Shown here: positions 57,630 through 64,000 of the stretch, one piece after another
Layout: the number at the start of each line of letters is the position of its first letter
Numbering within the stretch: the first letter of the stretch is position 1
Virus record (IMG/VR): IMGVR_UViG_3300031555_002371
Location: 64,001-128,000 of that record
DNA length: 64,000 nucleotides
Source: a virus
Lineage: Duplodnaviria > Caudoviricetes
Strand: one strand, 5' to 3'
Made by a program: the position numbers and the translations under genes
Notes under the pieces: generated by a model
Told to the model about the DNA's origin: nothing
What the model saw: only the letters and a program-made list of their open reading frames with translations
Databases searched by the model: none

Positions 57630-58631
57630 ATGGCAAAAAAAACTACAAAAGAACTGATGGACGAATTCTTTGATAGCCACAGTGGTGACACTATCATAAG
57701 AATGCGCTCTCAGGTTGATAGACCGGAACTTTATGAATATGAAGAAAAAATTGGCAAGCAGCTTGTTGACATGAATGTTGACGAATTGTTTGAAATGATA
57801 ATGTCATTTAAAGCGAACAACCGTAAAAACGCTAAGTTTATGGTGTCTCATTCTTCTTATGCACAAATTTCCTATTTGTATCGCGCAATTTTCAATTATT
57901 ACATTGACAATATCGAGATTATTCGTAATCCGTTTAATGACCCTCGCATGAGAGGTAGAGAAGCAAATAAGCGTCTGGCTCAAAACAGAGATACATTAAC
58001 ATGGAATTCCGTTCAGGAAATCCTCAACAATGTCCATCGTGATTTTGAGCATGATAAAGCAGACTACATTGAGTGTATTATACAGTTATTCTATAACGGC
58101 TTTGCAAATGTAGATGAGATTGTCAATCTGACGAAAGATGATGTAAACACTAAAAACAAAACAGTTCGTCTTAACGGTAGAACAAGAACGTTGTCAGATA
58201 GATGTTACGAACTTCTTATTAAAGTGCATAACATGGATAAACTGGATGGTTGGCGTGGCGATTTTCTTATGGCAAGTTGGCATGGAAACTATTTCAAATA
58301 CCCCATTCGTCCGAAGAATGAGTTTGATTTTGCAGACAAGACTCTTGTTGAAGTTGGAAGTATTTTGAATCGTTATTTATCGGAAAACATTAATAAGAAG
58401 TACGATACAAAGTTTAATTATCATAATCTGTTTTATCTTGGCTTCTTTGACCACATAGTTTCTAAAGTTGGTAGACAAAGAGCGAATGAGTTGGTTACAT
58501 CTTATCGTAGCTCAGAGGATGCAGCCGAACTTATGAATTTTGCAAATAATTACGGTGTGGTAATCGACAATGTATCTCATCTCAAGAGAGCGTTGCAGCC
58601 GTATATCGATGTGGAAGAAATTGAGGAATAA
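57630..58631 (+). CDS. Integrase-fold protein lacking catalytic motif (SPbeta MrpR/YopR-like repressor candidate)
   Basis: YEEKIGKQL, RNPF, IQLFYNG..EIVNLTKDDV; no HxxR. Confidence 0.55.
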   Translation: MAKKTTKELMDEFFDSHSGDTIIRMRSQVDRPELYEYEEKIGKQLVDMNVDELFEMIMSFKANNRKNAKFMVSHSSYAQISYLYRAIFNYYIDNIEIIRNPFNDPRMRGREANKRLAQNRDTLTWNSVQEILNNVHRDFEHDKADYIECIIQLFYNGFANVDEIVNLTKDDVNTKNKTVRLNGRTRTLSDRCYELLIKVHNMDKLDGWRGDFLMASWHGNYFKYPIRPKNEFDFADKTLVEVGSILNRYLSENINKKYDTKFNYHNLFYLGFFDHIVSKVGRQRANELVTSYRSSEDAAELMNFANNYGVVIDNVSHLKRALQPYIDVEEIEE

Positions 58632-58635
58632 AATA

Positions 58636-58660
58636 ATAGGCTGCCTCCGGGCAGCCTATA
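58636..58660 (+). terminator. Hairpin terminator
   Basis: ATAGGCTGCC-TCCG-GGCAGCCTAT. Confidence 0.6.
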
Positions 58661-58722
58661 TCAAAACTTTTACAAATAAATCTGAACAACCATAATAAAC
58701 GGAAAGGAAGAAAAAAAAACAA

Positions 58723-59343
58723 ATGGTTGCTTATGTATTATCCGATGGAACAGGCAGATATATAAGAAAAGATAATGGTTCTGGAAAATATGTCTCAGTC
58801 AAAGGAGAAAAATATGCGTTGCAATTCCAGACATCAGAATCCGCATTGAAAATCCTATACAATAGTATACCCAAAACAATCCGAGATAACTTCGGAGTAG
58901 AAGAAATCGTCATTGAAGATGTTAAGACCACAAAGAATATGGATGTAGTCAAAGGTATCATCAATAAGAATATTGTCGATAATGAAATTTCGTCGTGGCT
59001 AACCAAAGTCGATGCATTTATCGAACTTACAGAAAATGTAGAGGCACGAATTGTTGAACTTGTTGAGCTGTTAAGTACGACGGATAAAGAGATTTGTGAT
59101 ATCCAGCATTACATTGAATTCAGCAGCTTAAATGCTTATCAAGGATGGTTAGCAACAAGTATGCTTCAGAACCGGCTTCGTCAGCGAAGAAAATATAAAG
59201 ATGAGCTTGCAGCACTTAACTTAATTAAATCTTGTAAGATTGATTCAAAGTCAATTGAGAATTTACATAGATCAGTTGATGGACTCGGAGGGCGAAAGTA
59301 TTCTCCCAGAGTGCTATCAGAATTGTTTCTGGATACAAAATGA
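58723..59343 (+). CDS. Hypothetical coiled-coil protein
   Basis: DKEICDIQHYIEF..LNAYQGW..RRKYKDEL..KYSPRVL. Confidence 0.75.
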   Translation: MVAYVLSDGTGRYIRKDNGSGKYVSVKGEKYALQFQTSESALKILYNSIPKTIRDNFGVEEIVIEDVKTTKNMDVVKGIINKNIVDNEISSWLTKVDAFIELTENVEARIVELVELLSTTDKEICDIQHYIEFSSLNAYQGWLATSMLQNRLRQRRKYKDELAALNLIKSCKIDSKSIENLHRSVDGLGGRKYSPRVLSELFLDTK

Positions 59344-59579
59344 ATCGAAGATATACACTTGCAGACCTTTACGTAGACCCAAATTTACATATTGAAAAAT
59401 GCAACAAATGCGGAGCAGAACCGAGATGGGAGAGTTTGGAAAGACACCGATTGTATTGCGAAAAATGCCATCAAATAGGACACCCTAAAACAACTCATTG
59501 TTGGTATAAAAGAAATGATACCATTGATGAATGGAACAGATTGAACCACCCAACCGATAAAAGCGGTGAGAAGGAGTGA
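59340..59579 (+). CDS. Small Zn-ribbon protein (Lar-like)
   Basis: CNKCG..CEKC..IDEWNR. Confidence 0.55.
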   Translation: MNRRYTLADLYVDPNLHIEKCNKCGAEPRWESLERHRLYCEKCHQIGHPKTTHCWYKRNDTIDEWNRLNHPTDKSGEKE

Positions 59580-59791
59580 GAATTGAAATAGACAGAAGTA
59601 AATGCGGAAGTGAATATTCTTTATGTCCACGATGCAAGTTTGAAAACGAAAATGATTATGACAAGTGTGGTTATTGCACAATGGTAGTCGATGTCGCTTA
59701 TAGTTTCTTAATTTGCGGTATTCCTATTGGTTCGGGAATTACGCATTTACACAAGAATTTTGAGCCGAAAGAGAAAGGCGGTACGGAGTGA
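59576..59791 (+). CDS. Small Cys-rich protein
   Basis: GTGA overlap, CPRC..CGYC. Confidence 0.5.
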   Translation: MRIEIDRSKCGSEYSLCPRCKFENENDYDKCGYCTMVVDVAYSFLICGIPIGSGITHLHKNFEPKEKGGTE

Positions 59792-59960
59792 TGAATGAAT
59801 TGTTGAAGAAATTGCTTGATGAAGCAGATGTAAAATTCGGTTGCTTTAATGCGTTTTGCACAGAAAGAGCAACAGAAGAAGCGAAGAAAAACTTATGCGA
59901 TTTTCTTGTTTCAAATGGCGTAATTGTATCACGCACACCACGGAAAGAGGGGGCGAGGGT

Positions 59961-60374
59961 GTGAACAAAGAATTGATGTTTTCAAGCAAAACGGATTTGT
60001 GGTCAACGCCGCAGGATTTATTTGATAAATACAACGAGATATATCATTTTGAAACAGATGTGTGTGCTTTGCCCGAAAATGCAAAATGCGAAAAATTCTT
60101 TACTCCTGAAATGGACGGATTAAAGCAAGAATGGACAGGTGTTTGTTGGTGTAATCCTCTGTATGGCAGGCAGATCGGGAAATGGGTCGAAAAGGCTTGT
60201 AAATCGTTTGCAACGGTTGTAATGCTCATTCCTGCAAGAACAGACACAAAATGGTTTCACGATTATTGTTTGCCTTATGGAAAAATTGAGTTTTTGCGTG
60301 GTAGATTGAAATTTGGCGGATGCGAAAATCATGCTCCATTTCCGAGTATGATCGTAGTATTCAAAGCAGATTAA
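59961..60374 (+). CDS. Phage Dam-like N6-adenine methyltransferase
   Basis: WSTPQ, DVCA, DGLKQEW, WCNPLY, LIPARTDT.WFH, GRLKF, APFPS. Confidence 0.85.
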   Translation: MNKELMFSSKTDLWSTPQDLFDKYNEIYHFETDVCALPENAKCEKFFTPEMDGLKQEWTGVCWCNPLYGRQIGKWVEKACKSFATVVMLIPARTDTKWFHDYCLPYGKIEFLRGRLKFGGCENHAPFPSMIVVFKAD

Positions 60375-60645
60375 GCCGGTGATACATTGGATTTATCCTC
60401 TGACATATTATTGTGGTTTGGGGGAAACTCAAAGGAAGATAGAGATGTGAAAGATAAAGTTTTAAAATACTTTGTAAAAGTAAAAGAATCCACAAACCTC
60501 TTTCTATGGTCTATCACGCCGAGGACATACAATCTTCAGCAATGTATTTATATTGTACAGAGAAGGAAATAGTATTTCTTACATAAACAAAACTGGTAAT
60601 GAAACCGTTATTTTATTATCAAAAATACGAAAGGTAGATAAGAAA

Positions 60646-60876
60646 ATGGGAAAGAAAAGATTGGAACTCGTCTTTGAGGTGGACGAAGTAAATGAAAGAC
60701 TGAACATTTCCGGAACGAATGAAGGATTTAGCGGATATGAATTGGTCGGAATTCTTGAATGCAAAAAGCAAGACATTATCGACCAAATAACAGGTCGAGC
60801 AAAATTTAATCGTATATATAAGAATCCGGACGGAAGTACAATCGAGATTGAAAAAGTAGAAAGCGAGAAAAATTGA
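60646..60876 (+). CDS. Hypothetical protein
   Basis: RBS AAAGG. Confidence 0.55.
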   Translation: MGKKRLELVFEVDEVNERLNISGTNEGFSGYELVGILECKKQDIIDQITGRAKFNRIYKNPDGSTIEIEKVESEKN

Positions 60877-60877
60877 T

Positions 60878-61417
60878 ATGAAGAAACTTTTAGTAATCGT
60901 AGACGTTCAGAATGATTTTGTTGATGGTGCGCTCGGCACAAAGGAAGCACAGGCGATTATCCCGAAGGTCATTGACAAGATTGCCGAGTGGGATGGTGAT
61001 ATTATCTGCACGTTAGATACCCACAAATATAATTATCTTGAAACAAGAGAGGGGAAGATGCTGCCCGTTCCTCATTGTATCGAGGGAACGGAAGGACACA
61101 ACATCAACATGGATGTATATGATGCACTGATTGATAAGTCATGCACAAAGTTCTCTACATTGAGTACGCTTTGCAAGTATACATTTGGTAGCACCGCACT
61201 TCCCGAAATCATCCGAGGCGCAGATGTTGACTATGTGGAGCTTGTAGGACTTTGCACCGATATTTGTGTAGTATCAAACGCTATGCTTTTAAAGGCGCAT
61301 TATCCCGAAATGGAAATTGCGGTTGATGCAAGTTGCTGTGCAGGTGTTACACCAGAAAGCCATAAGGCAGCACTTACTACAATGAAAATGTGTCAGATTA
61401 CGGTGATTGGAGAGTAA
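60878..61417 (+). CDS. pncA: Nicotinamidase/isochorismatase-family hydrolase
   Basis: VDVQNDF, DTH, PHC, K.TFGS, GLCTDICV. Confidence 0.88.
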   Translation: MKKLLVIVDVQNDFVDGALGTKEAQAIIPKVIDKIAEWDGDIICTLDTHKYNYLETREGKMLPVPHCIEGTEGHNINMDVYDALIDKSCTKFSTLSTLCKYTFGSTALPEIIRGADVDYVELVGLCTDICVVSNAMLLKAHYPEMEIAVDASCCAGVTPESHKAALTTMKMCQITVIGE

Positions 61418-61421
61418 GAAG

Positions 61422-62285
61422 ATGATTACGCTTGATGGAAACAAAGTAGAAGTAGGTAAATTCCCGGATGGAACAATTCTTATGAAGCGTGATGGAAGCC
61501 CTCTCGATTTTATGAGATATGGATTTTTTACACCGCATTCTAAAATTGTATGGCAGTTTGAAAATAACGAAGAAATGATTGTGCTTATGTATCTGGTAAA
61601 GCATTTGAACAGTTGTGGCATTAAAGATATTATGCTTATCATGCCTTATATCCCGAATGCTCGTCAGGATAGAGTTAAGAGCGAAGAAGATGTATTTACT
61701 CTAAAATACTTTGCGGAGTTCATCAATAGCCTTGGATTTTCAAGTGTAACCGTGTTAGACCCTCATTCCTATGTGAGCGAGGCATTGATTGATAATATTA
61801 GAGTACAGACTCCCAAGTATTACATCAATAATACAATCGACATGATTAACGCTATTGAGCCGATTAACTCCGAAAATCGTTTGATGGCTTTCTATCCCGA
61901 CGAGGGAGCAATGAAAAGATATTCTGGATTGCTTGATATGCCATATGCATTCGGAATTAAACAGAGAGATTGGGCAACCGGTCAGATTCAAGGACTTGAT
62001 GTATCCGGCATGACCGATATTATTTGTGATAGTAATGTGCTTATCATTGATGATATTTGTAGTAAAGGCGGAACATTCTATCATAGCGCAAAGAAGCTCA
62101 AGGAGCTTGGCGCAAAGAATATTTATCTATATGTTTCACATTGCGAAAACACCATTCTTCAGGGCGACTTGCTTACCAGTGGGTTGATTGAAAGAGTATT
62201 TACAACCGATAGCATTTTTACAAAAACACATGAAAAGATTGAGGTAATGAATTATGATGCGTACAAATCCTATGCTTTTAATTGA
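61422..62285 (+). CDS. prs: Ribose-phosphate pyrophosphokinase-like protein (possible Adps)
   Basis: FPDG, PYIPNARQDR, LDPHS, PDEGA, IIDDICSKGGT, VSH. Confidence 0.85.
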   Translation: MITLDGNKVEVGKFPDGTILMKRDGSPLDFMRYGFFTPHSKIVWQFENNEEMIVLMYLVKHLNSCGIKDIMLIMPYIPNARQDRVKSEEDVFTLKYFAEFINSLGFSSVTVLDPHSYVSEALIDNIRVQTPKYYINNTIDMINAIEPINSENRLMAFYPDEGAMKRYSGLLDMPYAFGIKQRDWATGQIQGLDVSGMTDIICDSNVLIIDDICSKGGTFYHSAKKLKELGAKNIYLYVSHCENTILQGDLLTSGLIERVFTTDSIFTKTHEKIEVMNYDAYKSYAFN

Positions 62286-63732
62286 TTTCTACAAGGCGGT
62301 TCACGCCGAGATGCTGCCGAATGGGATTAACAAATCAGTCTCTTATGAGACAGCAAGAATGAGCAGAATCAAAAGATGGAATGAAATTGTAAGTTTCATT
62401 TGGCAACCCATTTGCAAGACTTATCTTGTGGATTACTTTAATGAAAACTTCTTTAATAGACCTTTTGATGAAGTGATTTCTGAGTACAAGAGAGTCATGG
62501 ATGCTGCACTCGGAGCGGATAATTATAAGATTGATAAGATTGCAAAGCTGCATGAGCTTGGCTGTCTTCCTATTGAAGTAAGAGCATTGCCGGAAGGCAC
62601 ACGTGTTCCTCTCCACGTACCGATTATGGAGATTTCTAACACACATCCTGACTTTGCATGGCTTCCGCAGTCACTTGAAAGCCTCATCTCTGCGGAGAGT
62701 TGGCATCCTATGATTGCCGCAACCGTTGGTTATACTTACCGTCAGATTGTCAACAAGTATTATGATCTTACTTGTGATAACAATATTCCGAGAGCAAAAG
62801 CATTGGGAGCATTTGACTTCCGAGGCGAGGAATGCACCGAGTCTGCTATCAAGGCTGGTGCAGGTTGGTGCTTGTCTTTCTTGAACACCGCAACCGTACC
62901 CGTAGTTCCTTATCTTGAAGCAATGTATAATTGTGATTGTGCCAAAGAGCCTGTCGCATTCGGTTCTCCCAGCACAGAACATTCTGTCATGTGTAGTAAT
63001 TATGCGGTTGACGGAGACGAAGAAACGTTTATTAGACGATTGCTGACTGAGATTTATCCTAATTCAAGTTTCTCTGCAGTTCTTGATTCTTATGATTATT
63101 GGAATGTTGTTGAAAATATTCTTCCCAAGTTGAAGAAGGAAATTCTCGCCCATAACGGATGTATGCTTGTACGTGGAGATTCCGGCGATTGCGTTGAAGT
63201 AGTAACCAAAACGGTATTTAAGTTGTGGGAGATTTTCGGAGGCACAATCAATAGCAAAGGATATAAGGTTCTTGACCCTCATATCAAGGCAATTTATGGC
63301 GATAGCATTACCGTACAGCGTTGCGAGGAAATCTATAAAATTCTCATGGAAAATGGTTTTGCTTGCTCCAACGTTGCCCTTGGCGTAGGTTCATTCTCTA
63401 TGCAGTGTATTGAGGAAGATGGGAAACTGATGCCATTTACTCGTGATACTTTTGGCATTGCAATTAAGGCGACTTATTGTGAAATTAACGGTGTTCCCAC
63501 TCCTATCTTTAAGAATCCCAAAGAGGGCGGATTTAAGAAATCTCAAAAGGGTTGTTGTGTCGTACACAGAAACCACGAAACAGGCGAGATTACTTTTGAG
63601 GATGGCAAGACGTGGGAAGAATCGAAGAATGATAAGGATAATATGCTTGAAACCATTTTCCGTGATGGTAAGATGATTAAGGAGTACACCCTTGCTGAAG
63701 TAAGAAATAGATTGCATGGAGGGAACTTTTAA
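62254..63732 (+). CDS. nadV: Nicotinamide phosphoribosyltransferase-like protein (possible Namat)
   Basis: DFYK..H, DFRG, STEHSV, DSYD, VRGDSGD, IYGDSI, GVGS, KKSQKG. Confidence 0.88.
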   Translation: MMRTNPMLLIDFYKAVHAEMLPNGINKSVSYETARMSRIKRWNEIVSFIWQPICKTYLVDYFNENFFNRPFDEVISEYKRVMDAALGADNYKIDKIAKLHELGCLPIEVRALPEGTRVPLHVPIMEISNTHPDFAWLPQSLESLISAESWHPMIAATVGYTYRQIVNKYYDLTCDNNIPRAKALGAFDFRGEECTESAIKAGAGWCLSFLNTATVPVVPYLEAMYNCDCAKEPVAFGSPSTEHSVMCSNYAVDGDEETFIRRLLTEIYPNSSFSAVLDSYDYWNVVENILPKLKKEILAHNGCMLVRGDSGDCVEVVTKTVFKLWEIFGGTINSKGYKVLDPHIKAIYGDSITVQRCEEIYKILMENGFACSNVALGVGSFSMQCIEEDGKLMPFTRDTFGIAIKATYCEINGVPTPIFKNPKEGGFKKSQKGCCVVHRNHETGEITFEDGKTWEESKNDKDNMLETIFRDGKMIKEYTLAEVRNRLHGGNF

Positions 63733-64000
63733 TGATTGATAGTTTTGTAAGAGAATATGAATTTTTGAGCAATTTCTATCCTGCCGAAGTTATATATCAT
63801 GGTATTAAGTATAAGAACAACGAGGCAGCATTCCAGGCACAAAAAACCAAAGATATTAAAGATAGATTTCAGTTTTCTTCTTTGAATCCTTCCGAAGCTA
63901 AAAAGCTCGGCAGAAGAATTGAGCTTCGTAGTGATTGGGAACAAGTGAAAACCAATGTAATGTACGAAATCTGTCTTGCAAAGTTTACACAGAATGCAGA
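63732..64000 (+). CDS. NADAR (YbiA-like) family protein, truncated by window end
   Basis: Manually read MIDSF..FLSNFYP..EAAFQAQK..AKKLGR..DWEQVK.NVM..AKFTQN. Confidence 0.85.
   Translation, partial: MIDSFVREYEFLSNFYPAEVIYHGIKYKNNEAAFQAQKTKDIKDRFQFSSLNPSEAKKLGRRIELRSDWEQVKTNVMYEICLAKFTQNA

Overview
The window is part of a large, AT-rich Firmicutes (probably Clostridia) siphophage or prophage with an SPbeta-like layout. The left arm (1-32.6 kb, minus strand) holds a YonO-type single-subunit RNA polymerase, six tRNAs, a beta-CASP nuclease, ClpP-like and phosphoesterase genes, terminase, portal, lysin, capsid, neck and tail genes, RecU, a tyrosine recombinase and the tape measure gene. The tape measure gene is split by two group I introns. 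Intron 1 (2822-4088) carries a Zn-finger/Vsr-like endonuclease. Intron 2 (1359-2248) has no nuclease and instead carries a complete antisense cassette: promoter, RBS, Zn-ribbon gene and terminator. A repeat-rich noncoding region (32.6-33.8 kb) separates the arms. The right arm (33.9-64 kb, plus strand) has many small early/accessory genes behind near-consensus sigmaA promoters with recurring operator motifs. It also has two permuted twister ribozymes, a probable DGR-target gene, a beta clamp, integrase-fold genes, an orphan MazF, a Dam-like methylase and a pncA-prs-NAMPT-NADAR island. A ~455-nt structured RNA follows a coiled-coil protein gene inside the tRNA cluster. All calls come from manual reading and motif recognition; no searches or folding programs were run.
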